Made by a program: the position numbers and the translations under genes. The notes beneath the pieces are model-generated. The model was given only the letters and a program-made list of their open reading frames with translations. It did no database searches and was not told where the DNA came from. DNA of 64,000 nucleotides, taken from assembly GCA_963730185.1 (NCBI GenBank), contig CAVSQW010000002.1:1-64000 (forward strand), written 5' to 3'. This stretch comes from an uncultured Gemmatimonadales bacterium (GTDB lineage Bacteria > Gemmatimonadota > Gemmatimonadetes > Gemmatimonadales > GWC2-71-9). Of the stretch, positions 1-9,255 are shown in pieces; the first letter of the stretch is position 1; every line of letters starts with the position of its first letter.

Positions 1-2
1 GG

Positions 3-311
3 ACCCGGCACGCCAAGACGGAGGCATACTACCAGCAATGCACGCTATGGGCCTTGGCCGGGAAATGCCCGAGAGCGCCCCTGCAGTCGCCTGAGAAGGC
101 CGAAGTCCGGGCGACCGTATACCTGTGGTCCCTGATGGACGAGGACGGCCTGACGGCCCGCCTGAAGTGGCCCATCGACTGGATGGTACACCAGGGCTAC
201 CTGACGGACGACAAGCCGAAGAATATGAGTCTGGCCAAGCCGGCGCAGTACATCGACCGGAAGAACCCGAGGGTCGAACTGACCGTAACCCCTATACCGG
301 AAACGACATGA
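3..311 (+). CDS. RusA-like Holliday junction resolvase (5' partial)
   Basis: Frame is open from the window edge. Pattern MDEDGLTARLKWPIDWMVHQGYLTDD...IDRKNPRVELTV matches the RusA DxD..K...D...G..DD..NPRVE layout. Confidence 0.6.
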   Translation, partial: TRHAKTEAYYQQCTLWALAGKCPRAPLQSPEKAEVRATVYLWSLMDEDGLTARLKWPIDWMVHQGYLTDDKPKNMSLAKPAQYIDRKNPRVELTVTPIPETT

Positions 312-787
312 AGCCGCGAGGATATTTCGCCATCGGCGTTGAATACCCGAAAATCCCAGCGAACATCGGCACACTCTGGCGGTCTGCCCACAACTTCGGG
401 GCTGCGTTCATCTTCACGGTTGGGCACCGTTATCACAGACAGCCAAGTGACACGTCCCGGGCGTGGAAACACGTACCGTTGTTCAACTTCGCCACCATTG
501 ACGACTTGTGGGCGCACCTTCCACACGATTGCATTTTGGCCGGGGTCGAGTTGGATGAGCGGGCGCAGCCACTTCCCGACTTCGCCCACCCGGAACGTTG
601 CATCTACCTGTTGGGCGCGGAGGATCATGGCCTGAGCGAGGAGGCCCGTAACCGGTGCTCTCGCCTGATCGTGGTGCCCGGTGTCGGTTCGCTGAATGTG
701 GCCACGGCCGGTTCTATCGTGATGTACGGCCGGATGGTGGGTAGGCCGGGCGAAACGGCAGGAGCGAAGATCAAGGCGGTCGCGTGA
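308..787 (+). CDS. TrmH/SpoU-family RNA methyltransferase
   Basis: SPOUT motifs PANIGTLWRSA, LLGAEDHGLS, SLNVATAGSIVMY; ATGA overlap with the upstream gene. Confidence 0.85.
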   Translation: MKPRGYFAIGVEYPKIPANIGTLWRSAHNFGAAFIFTVGHRYHRQPSDTSRAWKHVPLFNFATIDDLWAHLPHDCILAGVELDERAQPLPDFAHPERCIYLLGAEDHGLSEEARNRCSRLIVVPGVGSLNVATAGSIVMYGRMVGRPGETAGAKIKAVA

Positions 788-1271
788 ACGACCTGACGCT
801 ATCCGGCGTGGTGCTGAGTCCCACAGGCCTTGCGTACTCGGAGCCACCCAGTTGGGAGCAATGGGAGGCTGACGGTAGGTGGCTGGCCCGGGAGACGGAG
901 GCGATCCGGTGGCGAGTGGGCGACTGGTACAATGCGGGTGAGAGCGTACTTCGGCGAGCAGGCCGCGCAAGCCGTGGATGGGCTCTGCGCTCAGAGTCAA
1001 TCCAGAACGCGGCATGGGTAGCCAACCGATATATCGGCTCCCGTCGACGGGAGGGCCTGAGCTGGCGCATCATGCCGAGGTCGCGGCCTGGAGCCTGAGG
1101 AGGCCGATGCCCTGCTGGACGAGGCCGAGGCCAACCAGTGGCCGGTCAAGCGGTTGCGGGCGGTGCGGAACGAGGTCAAGGCGATCAGCAACGGCCAGAC
1201 GGACGAGCCTGCCCACCTGTCCCGAGTGCGGTACGGTGCTGGTCTGTCCGAACTGTGGAGAACTGCGATGA
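784..1271 (+). pseudogene. LmbU-like DNA-binding protein with C-terminal CPxC/CPxC Zn ribbon; about five frameshifts (pseudogene or sequencing errors)
   Basis: Stitching frames gives WRVGDWYNAGE / YFGEQAAQAV / SIQNAAWVANRY..RRREGLSW / AHHAEVAA / EEADALLDEAEANQWPVKRLR / CPECGTVLVCPNCG. Confidence 0.6.
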
Positions 1272-1280
1272 ATTTCGGGG

Positions 1281-1475
1281 TCATGTCGTCACCTCCTGCA
1301 GCAGTTGGTCGAGCGCCAGCCGCAGGTAGGGCGGCGGGACGCGCTCGCCCCGTTCCCAACGGGCCACGGTATTCTCCGACACCGGGGGCTTTTTACCACA
1401 CGACAGCGCCTCGGCCAGCCGCCGTTGCGACCAGCCGAGGGCGTGGCGTGCCTCGCGGATCTCGGGGCCGGTCAT
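1281..1475 (-). CDS. XRE/Cro-type helix-turn-helix protein
   Basis: IREARHALGWSQRRLAEAL...SENTVARWERGERVP. Confidence 0.85.
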   Translation of the reverse strand: MTGPEIREARHALGWSQRRLAEALSCGKKPPVSENTVARWERGERVPPPYLRLALDQLLQEVTT

Positions 1476-1729
1476 GGCCGAGCCTGCCCGTGGAACGCGC
1501 GGTAGCGGTTCCGGGCGCGCTGCTTGTTCCGCTCACGCCAACCCCGGGCGAAAGGTCGGGCCGCTCGCCCGTCCTCGTGGTATCGCTCGCCGCACCGGAG
1601 ACAGGTCATGGACGGCCCGTACCACTCGTACCGCGACTCGACGCCGTAGACGCGCCGCCCGCAGGTCGGGCAAGCGAACCGGATCAGCTCGACGGCCAAC
1701 GGGGTCGGCGCACAGATCGCGCTCGCCAT
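1472..1729 (-). CDS. Small Zn-ribbon hypothetical protein
   Basis: CPTC and CLRC pairs; overlaps the HTH gene start by 4 nt. Confidence 0.6.
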   Translation of the reverse strand: MASAICAPTPLAVELIRFACPTCGRRVYGVESRYEWYGPSMTCLRCGERYHEDGRAARPFARGWRERNKQRARNRYRAFHGQARP

Positions 1730-1732
1730 GGC

Positions 1733-1957
1733 TCAGACCTCCCACCGGCGAGCGACATCGGACCACGCGACCTCGGAGCCGTCCAGCAGGATGTAGACGG
1801 GCAGCCGACCCGCCGCCGCCGCAGCGTCCGTGGCTGGCCAGTCGATGTGCTCGGCGAGGCCGCCCATCGCTGCGACCTGGTCGAGCGTGGGGTCGGTCTG
1901 GGCGCTCCACGCGTTGAGCGCGGCGGCGATCTGGTCTGCGATCTCGGTCCGTGTCAT
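1733..1957 (-). CDS. Small hypothetical protein
   Basis: GAGG RBS upstream; first gene behind the promoter at 1999-2027. Confidence 0.65.
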   Translation of the reverse strand: MTRTEIADQIAAALNAWSAQTDPTLDQVAAMGGLAEHIDWPATDAAAAAGRLPVYILLDGSEVAWSDVARRWEV

Positions 1958-1998
1958 GTCGTCCTCGTTGGTTTCGGGTCCGTCTCTGTCACACTCCC

Positions 1999-2027
1999 AA
2001 TATATACCAATGGTAGGGTGTACGCAA
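1999..2027 (-). promoter_or_regulatory. Sigma70-type promoter TTGCGT-N17-TATATT with palindromic operator TACCAATGGTA (2005-2015) in the spacer
   Basis: Read directly on the minus strand in an AT-rich intergenic patch. Confidence 0.75.
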
Positions 2028-2121
2028 GGATAATCTCGGCGATTTTCGGTCTCCGCCGGGAAAGATTTACAATTCTTTCGGGAAAGGTTCGGGGAAATAT
2101 CAGTCTCGGCGAGGCGAGCTG

Positions 2122-2808
2122 ATGCCCTGCACCAAGGACACGCGTCGCTGCGACCACTCGACCAGCTACCTGCACAGTCTCGGGCCGTGCTGCCGGTCGC
2201 ATATCCGGACCATGGTGATCGAGGTCGGGAAGCTGCTCGACACGGCGGGAGTCCCGTGGTGGATCGACTACGGTACGCTACTCGGCGCCGTCCGGGGCGA
2301 CCTGCCCGGCGTTGGCCATGGCAAAGGCATCATCCCGTGGGATAAGGACGCCGACTGCGGCTTCTTCATCACCGACGCGCCGAAGTTCCGGGCGCTGATG
2401 TCCGGCTACCGCGAGGACCCGCGGGCGCCAACGAGGCCAACCGCGAACTTGCAGGCCGGGAAGGCGGGTTTGCTCTATGTCATCGAGAAGCGGCCCAACC
2501 GGTCCCACGACCAGTGGGGTGCGGGCAACTCGTTCAAGGTGCATTGGTCTGCGTACAACCGGACGTGCTGCGACTACTTCGGTTGGCATCTGAACGAGTC
2601 CGGACTCGTGTATCGTGAGAAATACGTGAGCGTCGACAAGTACAAGGGCCGCGAGTTTCCTGTGAGCCGGCTCTTACCATTGGGTCGCATCGAATGGGAG
2701 GGCGCGATGCTTCCGTGTCCGGCCGACCCGGAATGGTTCGTCGAGCATCGGTATGGGAAGGGGTGGCGGACGCCGCTCCGGAAGAACAATGCCGGGGTGA
2801 AGCGATGA
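2122..2808 (+). CDS. LicD-family nucleotidyltransferase-fold phosphotransferase
   Basis: WWIDYGTLLGAVR...GIIPWDKDAD, C-terminal P.DPE.F...YG..W.TP. Confidence 0.85.
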   Translation: MPCTKDTRRCDHSTSYLHSLGPCCRSHIRTMVIEVGKLLDTAGVPWWIDYGTLLGAVRGDLPGVGHGKGIIPWDKDADCGFFITDAPKFRALMSGYREDPRAPTRPTANLQAGKAGLLYVIEKRPNRSHDQWGAGNSFKVHWSAYNRTCCDYFGWHLNESGLVYREKYVSVDKYKGREFPVSRLLPLGRIEWEGAMLPCPADPEWFVEHRYGKGWRTPLRKNNAGVKR

Positions 2809-3376
2809 GCATCGCCATCCCGAAGATACAGGGATGGATGGGACCAAAGGCCCTGCGTTGGCTGGCGCGCCGGGCCGCGAGGCACCGCCAGGTGATCGAG
2901 GTCGGCGTCTGGCGCGGTCGGACGACGAAGGTCTTGGCGGCGGCTTGCCCGGGCACCGTCTGGGCCGTGGACCACTGGCTCGGCGCGCAGCAGGACCCGC
3001 GACAAGCCGCGCTCTACATGGCGAAACGGTGAAAGCCCGGCGCGACTTCTTCGCCAACCTGAAAGCTGAGATCGGCCGCGGGAAGGTGCGCGTCATCGAA
3101 GGCAAGAGCACGGACGTTGCCGCGAGTCTGCTCATCGAGTTCGGCCAGATGTTCGACATGGTGTTCATCGATGCGGACCATTCCTATGAAGGCTGCCGGG
3201 ATGACATCGCCGCGTATCGCCCGCTGCTCAAGCCCGGCGGGCTGTTCTGTGGTCATGACTACCCATGGCCGAGCGTAGCCGTCCCGTGGAAGGGTGTCGG
3301 CCGCGCGGTCCGGGAGGCGTTCGGCGTGCCGAAGGAAGGGCCGTCGAGCATTTGGTGGGTCAATGTCCAGACCTGA
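2805..3376 (+). CDS. Class I SAM methyltransferase (Methyltransf_24-like), one frameshift near 3015-3030
   Basis: VIEVGVWRGRTT, AVDHW in one frame; FDMVFIDADHSYEGCRDD..LLKPGG..CGHDY in another. Confidence 0.75.
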
Positions 3377-4219
3377 CGCGATCAGCTTCTGCGTGCATTC
3401 GTTCAACGAGGCCGCGGAGCTCCGGCGGCTGGTCGAGTCGTCCCTGCCATTCGCCGAGTTCATTGCCGAGTGGGTCATCGTCGACCACCGTAGTAGCGAT
3501 GATACGCCGGCCGTGATCGAGAGGCTTCGGCCAGTGCTCGAGCAGCACGGCATCGGCCTGACGACGAAGCGCGAGGAGCGGGACCTGTCGAAAGCCTTCC
3601 CGTTCGCGGCGATCCGGAACCTGACGCTCGATCTGTGCCGGACCGAGATTGCCGCGCTCTTGGATGCCGATTTCCTGCTCGGCCCAGCGTTTGCCGCGCA
3701 CCTGGAGAAGTCGATTGCCGCGCTCCGGAAGCGGGATAGCGTCTACTACGCCGGCTCCTACTCGGTGCCCGTCATCTGGGACCATCTCGTGACCGATACT
3801 AAAGGTCGGATCGTGGACCATGGCCGGGTCTGGGTGCATCAGCGTCGGCCCCGCATCCTGTTCCGGCCTGCGATCCGGTATGCGCAGACGGGCGCCCATG
3901 GCCGGTGGGAGAAGCTCGTCGTCCAGCATGGTCCGCACTGGCTCGCGCGTCCGCGACCTGCACCTGACCGGGAATCGCCGCGACGCGCCGTTCCCGAATG
4001 CTGTCATCTCGTGCAATGTGAAGGGCGCGGACCGGATTGCGCTCCGGGACACAATGACCATGTTCATGGAGGACGCGCATACCGGTAAGGTCGAGTGGCA
4101 CATGGCTGGAGAACTACCATGCGAAAAAGACGCGGAGTCAGGGCCAGTATCCGTTTCAGGAGATCAACCTGCGCGGCTGGCGGATCAATGCCCCGAACCT
4201 GAGGCTCGGCGTCGAATGA
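3363..4219 (+). CDS. Glycosyltransferase family 2, two apparent frameshifts (~3925, ~4098)
   Basis: SFNEAAELRR..VIVDHRSSDDT..FAAIRN..LLDAD; the stitched C-terminus ends at an ATGA overlap at 4216-4219. Confidence 0.7.
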
Positions 4220-4737
4220 ACCGTGGCACTGCTCACAATAACCTCGTCCGTGCCCGGGATACGCTGGCACGGCACGGGATCCGCCCGTTCTTGGTGGATG
4301 GGACGCTACTCGGCGCGATTCGGGAGGGCGACTTCCTCGGCCATGACACGGACGTCGACCTCGGCGTCTGGCGGCGTCAATGGCGGCCCTCGCTCGTTAG
4401 CTGGATGCAGCGCGGCGGGTTCACGCTCCACAAGACGTTTGGCGAGCCGGACCGTGGGCTGGAATACTCGTTCAAGCGCGGCGGCATGAAGCTGGACCTG
4501 TTCTTCTACTATCGGGCCGGCCCTGTCGTATACCATGCCGCTTGGAAGGACGGCCAGCCGATCCGGTATCCGTATCCCCGGTTCCGGCTGAAGCCGCTGA
4601 TCTTCCGTGGCCAGGTGTTCGACGCGCCGGCCGATCCGATCAAGTTCTTGCGGACGAAGTATGGCGACGACTGGCGAACGCCGGTCAAGGTCTGGGACTG
4701 GGCATGGGGTCCAAAGAATGCGGAGCCATGGAAATGA
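4216..4737 (+). CDS. LicD/fukutin-like phosphotransferase
   Basis: FLVDGTLLGAIREGDFLGHDTDVDLG, KLDLFFYY, FLRTKYGDDWRTP. Confidence 0.85.
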   Translation: MNRGTAHNNLVRARDTLARHGIRPFLVDGTLLGAIREGDFLGHDTDVDLGVWRRQWRPSLVSWMQRGGFTLHKTFGEPDRGLEYSFKRGGMKLDLFFYYRAGPVVYHAAWKDGQPIRYPYPRFRLKPLIFRGQVFDAPADPIKFLRTKYGDDWRTPVKVWDWAWGPKNAEPWK

Positions 4738-5172
4738 ACGCCGTCATCGTCGCGGGCTCCGGTCGGAGCGGCACGACATGGGTAGCCGAGCTGCTGGCGG
4801 CCATGGACGGTGGCAAGATTGTATTCGAGCCGTTCCATGCGAAGGTCCCGATCGGCAATATGTTCGCGCATTCCTACCTGCGTCCGGGCGAGCAATGCGA
4901 GCCGTTGAAGCGGTTCTGGCTTGTCTGCCTGAACGGCCAGATGCGGCACCGTTGGGTACGCCATATCCAGCAGGGCGAGAATCCAACAGGTCCATCCGTG
5001 ATCGTGAAGGCGATCCGGGCGAACCTGATGCTGGCATGGGTCCGATCGGTATACCCGACTGTTCCCGTGCTCTACCTGATCCGCGATCCGCGCGCTGTCT
5101 CGCCTCGCGGATCCGCCGTGGCTGGAATCCGAAACCCGCATTGCTGGCCATGCTCGAACATGGGACATTGGT
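4734..5172 (+). pseudogene. PAPS-dependent sulfotransferase, 3' truncated at the junction (frameshift at ~5098)
   Basis: AGSGRSGTTW (5'-PSB), FEPF, and IRDPRAVLAS after restoring one C; the sequence stops resembling a sulfotransferase at ~5172. Confidence 0.7.
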
Positions 5173-5173
5173 G

Positions 5174-6767
5174 GGCGCCGACCCTGGCCGATGCCCGAGT
5201 GAACCTCGGTCTGGCCCGACTGGACGCGGGGCGGCTCGGCGAGGCGATTCACGAGTTGGAGCAGGCGGTGGCCCTGGCCCCCGGCGCCGCGACGCCGCGC
5301 CTCGATCTGGGAACGGCGCTCCGGGCCGACGGCCAGCTGGAGTCGGCGTTGGCGCGATTCCTGGAGGCCGCGGCGCTGGATCCGACCCTGGGAGCGGCCC
5401 ACCGGAACGCCGCGGTCTGTCACCAGCTGCTGGGGCGAACGGACCACGCCCTGGCGTGTTATCGACGGGCCCTCGCGCTCGACCCCCAGGATGCCGACTC
5501 GCTGACCAACCTCGGCGTGGCGCTGCTCCGGGCGGGGCAGGTGGACGAAGCGGTGGCGGTGCATGCCGCCGCCGTGGCAGCCGCCCCCCTGATGGCGGAG
5601 GCTTGGCTCAACCGAGCCACGGCCCTCCAGGCGATGGGGCGGCTGGACGAAGCGAAAGCCAGTGTGGAGCGGTCGCTCGCCCTCGCGGAGACGGCCGCCG
5701 GCCGCACCGCCCTCGGGAGCCTCGAAGCCGAGCGGGGCCGACCGGAGGTCGGCGTGCTCGAGCACGAACGGGCCCTCGTCCTGGACCCGCAGCACGCCGA
5801 CGCCCATTGGAACCTGGCCCTGGCGCTCCTGGCGAGCGGTGCGCTCGGCCGGGCGTGGGACCAGTACGAGTGGCGCTGGCGGGCCGCCAACGCGCCGGCT
5901 CGCTGGCGTGACTACCCCTGGCCGACCTGGCAGGGCGAGCCGGTCCAGGGCAAGCGGATCCTGATCTGGCGAGAGCAGGGGCTGGGCGACGAGCTGATGT
6001 TCCTGAGCGTGGTACCCGACCTGATCGCGGCCGGGGCGCGGGTCACGGTTCTGGTCAGTGAGCGGCTCCGTGCGCTGGTGGCGCGATCGCTGCCGGGCGC
6101 GACGGTCCGGACCGATAGCCCCGGCGCGGTGAGCGAGGCGGACGGCTTCGACTGCCACCTCCCGATGGGAAGCCTGCCGCGCTGGCTCCGCCGCGCCCGG
6201 AACGCCTTCCCGGCCTCGGGCGCCTATCTCCAGCCCGATCCGCTCGCCGCGGCGCGGTGGCGGGAGCGGCTCGCCGGGCTGGGCAGCGGGCCGACGGTTG
6301 GGGTCTGCTGGCGGAGCGGGTTGGTCACGGCCGAACGGCGGCGCTTCTACCCGTCGCTCCGGGACTGGGCGCCGGTCTTCGGGACGCCCGGGGTGACGTG
6401 GGTGAACCTCCAGTATGACGACTGTCTCGACGAGCTCCGGGAGATCGAGGGGCGCTGGGGCGTCACGGTGCACCGCTGGGACGACGTGGACCTCCGGAAC
6501 GACCTGGAGAGCGTCCTCGCCCTGGTGGCGAGCCTGAGCGCCGTGGTGACCGCGCCGACGGTGGTCAGCTCATTCGCCGGCGCGGTGGGCACCCGAACCT
6601 GGCAGGTGGACAGCGGCAGTGACTGGACCGCCCTGGGCGAGCCCGGCTCGCCGTGGTTCCCGAGCATCGGTGTGGTGCGGCCGGCGGGGTCCGATCGGCT
6701 CTGGAGCGAGGTGCTTGCTCGGGTCGGGTCGGAGCTGGGCGTCTGGACCCGGGAGGCCGCCGCATGA
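5174..6767 (+). CDS. flmG: FlmG-type TPR + GT-B flagellin glycosyltransferase (paralog 1, 5' truncated)
   Basis: TPR repeats start mid-repeat (APTLADARVNLG); WREQGLGDE, GVCWRSG, WVNLQYDDC, DLRNDLE, SPWFPS motifs. Confidence 0.75.
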
Positions 6768-8260
6768 TCCGGCCGGCCGTCTCTCCGACTTTCGATCGCG
6801 GGCTCGAGGCGCAGCGGGCCGGTCAGGTCGACGACGCGATGGCCGCCTACCGCGAGACGATCGCCGAGCAGCCCGACCACGCGCCGGCGCAGTTCAACCT
6901 GGGCCAGCTGCTCCGGGCTGCCGGGCAGGACGCCGAGGCCGCCGACTGCTTCGAGGCGGCGGCCCGGCTCCGGCCCACGGCCGCCGACGCCTGGATCAAT
7001 CTTGGCCTCTGCCGGGAACGGCTGGGCCACCTGGACCGGGCGGCCGCCGCCTACGAGCGGGCGATCGAGGCGGGCGCCGGCGACGGCACGCCGCACTTCA
7101 ACCTCGGCAACGTTCGGCGGAAGCAGGACCGGCTGTCCGAGGCGCTGGACGCCTTCCGCGAGGCCGATGCCCGCCACCCCGGGGTGCCCGAGGTCCAGCT
7201 CAACATCGGCAACACCCTCCGCGAGATGGGCCGCTCCTCGGCCGCCGCCGCCGCCCTCCGCCGGGCCCTCGAGCTTCGCCCGGGATGGGTGGCGGCCGAG
7301 TGGAACCTGGCCCTGGCGCTTCTGGGGGCTGGGCAGCTCCGGGAGGGATGGGAGCGCTTCGAGAGCCGGTGGCCGCAGATTGGCCTCGCGGTGAACCGGG
7401 GGCTCCCGTGGCCGCTTTGGCGGGGCGAGTCGCTCGTGGACAAGCGCATCCTGGTCTGGCGGGAACAAGGACTCGGCGACGAGCTCCTGTTCGCCGGGTG
7501 CGTGCCCGATCTGGTGGAGCACGGGGCCAAGGTGACGCTGGCCGTCGACCCCCGTCTGGTGTCGCTTCTGGCCCGGAGCTTTCCCGGGGTCGACGTCGTC
7601 GCCGATCGCGATTGGGACGACCGTCTCTTCGACTATCACGCCCCGATCGGCGGCCTCCCGCGCTGGCTCCGAGGCGATCGGACGGACTTTCCGGAGCGCT
7701 GGTCGTACCTCCAGCCGGATCGCGGGCACCTGGCCGCCTGGCGAGAGCGCCTGGCCCTGCTGGGCTCGGGGCTCAAGGTGGGGCTCTGTTGGCGGAGCGG
7801 GCTGCGGAGCGGCGGGCGGGACCGATTCTACTGTCCCCTCGAGGCCCACGATCCCCTGTTCGCCCTGCCCGGCCTGACCTGGATCAACCTCCAGTACGAC
7901 GACTGCGAGGCCGAGCTCGGCGAGGTGGAGCGGCGGTGGGGTGTCCGGGTGCACCGGTGGGACGACGTGGACCTGAAGAACGATCTGGAACGAGTGGCCG
8001 CGCTGGCGTGGCACCTCGACCTGGTGATCTCGGCGCCGACCGCGGTGGGGTCGCTCTCGGGCGCGCTCGGGATCGAGACCTGGCAGGTGGAAGCTGGCAA
8101 CGACTGGACCGGGTTCGGCGAGCGACGCTCGCCCTGGATGCCGGCCCTCACGATGTACCGTCGGGCCCCGGGCGACCGGGCGTGGGACGGCGTGATCCGC
8201 ACTCTCGCGGACTCGCTGGTGGAGCGTCAACGGGCCCTTCCGGGCCGTTCGTCGACCTAG
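6764..8260 (+). CDS. flmG: FlmG-type TPR + GT-B glycosyltransferase (paralog 2)
   Basis: TPRs, WREQGLGDE, GLCWRSG, WINLQYDDC, DLKNDLE. Confidence 0.78.
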   Translation: MIRPAVSPTFDRGLEAQRAGQVDDAMAAYRETIAEQPDHAPAQFNLGQLLRAAGQDAEAADCFEAAARLRPTAADAWINLGLCRERLGHLDRAAAAYERAIEAGAGDGTPHFNLGNVRRKQDRLSEALDAFREADARHPGVPEVQLNIGNTLREMGRSSAAAAALRRALELRPGWVAAEWNLALALLGAGQLREGWERFESRWPQIGLAVNRGLPWPLWRGESLVDKRILVWREQGLGDELLFAGCVPDLVEHGAKVTLAVDPRLVSLLARSFPGVDVVADRDWDDRLFDYHAPIGGLPRWLRGDRTDFPERWSYLQPDRGHLAAWRERLALLGSGLKVGLCWRSGLRSGGRDRFYCPLEAHDPLFALPGLTWINLQYDDCEAELGEVERRWGVRVHRWDDVDLKNDLERVAALAWHLDLVISAPTAVGSLSGALGIETWQVEAGNDWTGFGERRSPWMPALTMYRRAPGDRAWDGVIRTLADSLVERQRALPGRSST

Positions 8261-8274
8261 GGGAGAGCGACACC

Positions 8275-9255
8275 ATGTTTCTCGAAGGCCAATCCATTCT
8301 GGTGACCGGCGGCACCGGCTCGTTCGGGCGGGCGCTCGTCAAGTACCTGCTCGATCGGTACAGCCCGCGTCGGGTCATCGTGTACAGCCGCGACGAGCTG
8401 AAGCAGTACGAGATGGCGGAACAGCTCAAGGATCGCCGGCTCCGGTTCTTCCTGGGCGACGTCCGCGACCTGCCCCGCCTCCAGCGGGCCTTCGTCGACA
8501 TTCAGGTGGTGGTCCACGCGGCGGCGCTCAAGCAGGTTCCCGCGGCGGAGTACAACCCGTTCGAGGCGATCAAGACCAACGTAATCGGCGCCCAGAACGT
8601 GATCGAGGCCGCCTTGGGCACGGGGGTGGAGCGGGTGATCGCCCTGTCGACCGACAAGGCGGCCAACCCGGTCAATCTCTACGGCGCCACCAAGCTCTGC
8701 TCCGACAAGCTGTTCGTCGCCGCCAACGCCTACGGCGGCGGCCGCGGTCCGATGATGTCGGTGGTCCGCTACGGCAACGTGGTCGGAAGCCGGGGCTCGG
8801 TGGTCCCGTTCTTCCTGAACGCCCGGCGGAACGGCCTCCTGCCGATTACCGACCCGCGGATGACCCGGTTCTGGATCACGCTCGACCAGGGCGTCGACTT
8901 CGTGGTCGACTCGCTTCGGCGGATGCGGGGCGGCGAGCTCTTCGTGCCCAAGATCCCGTCGACCGACATCATGACCCTGGTCGAGGCGCTGGCACCGAAC
9001 TGCAAGACCGAGGTGATCGGGATCCGGCCGGGCGAGAAGCTCCACGAGCTGATGATCGGCGAGGACGACGCCCGCCGGACCCGCGACATGGGCGGCTACT
9101 ACGTGCTCCAGCCGCAGCAGCCCTGGTGGGACGAGGAAGTGCTCAACCTGGGCGCGGCGGTGCCGGACGGCTTCTCGTATCGGAGCGACACCAATCCGGA
9201 GCGCCTCGGGGTCGAGCAGGTCCGGCAGCTCCTGGGCAAGCTGGGGCTCAACTGA
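8275..9255 (+). CDS. pseB: UDP-GlcNAc 4,6-dehydratase (inverting)
   Basis: TGGTGSFG, SRDELKQ, HAAALKQVPAAEYNPFEAIKTN, LSTDKA, GIRPGEKLHE. Confidence 0.93.
   Translation: MFLEGQSILVTGGTGSFGRALVKYLLDRYSPRRVIVYSRDELKQYEMAEQLKDRRLRFFLGDVRDLPRLQRAFVDIQVVVHAAALKQVPAAEYNPFEAIKTNVIGAQNVIEAALGTGVERVIALSTDKAANPVNLYGATKLCSDKLFVAANAYGGGRGPMMSVVRYGNVVGSRGSVVPFFLNARRNGLLPITDPRMTRFWITLDQGVDFVVDSLRRMRGGELFVPKIPSTDIMTLVEALAPNCKTEVIGIRPGEKLHELMIGEDDARRTRDMGGYYVLQPQQPWWDEEVLNLGAAVPDGFSYRSDTNPERLGVEQVRQLLGKLGLN

Larger units (their letters stand above)
1..5172. mobile_element. Phage-like / prophage-derived segment (left end open; right end is an abrupt junction)
   Basis: RusA-like gene, small Zn-ribbon and XRE genes, tightly overlapped ATGA/GTGA couplings, visibly lower GC and different codon style than the rest. 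No integrase or structural genes are visible. Confidence 0.6.

Noticed and set aside
3820..4737. 305-aa ORF suggesting a GT2-LicD fusion
   Set aside because: Frameshift by-product; LicD has its own ATG at 4216 overlapping the GT2 stop.
4542..6767. Apparent 741-aa sulfotransferase-TPR-glycosyltransferase fusion
   Set aside because: The continuous frame depends on an indel at ~5098. The true sulfotransferase frame (RAVLAS...) is out of frame with the TPR part, and both halves are truncated.
6619..9255. 878-aa N-terminally extended PseB (similar extensions on PseI, the oxidoreductase and FliK)
   Set aside because: The extensions are Arg/Gly/Pro-rich shadow frames over real genes; proper starts with RBS or stop/start overlaps exist.
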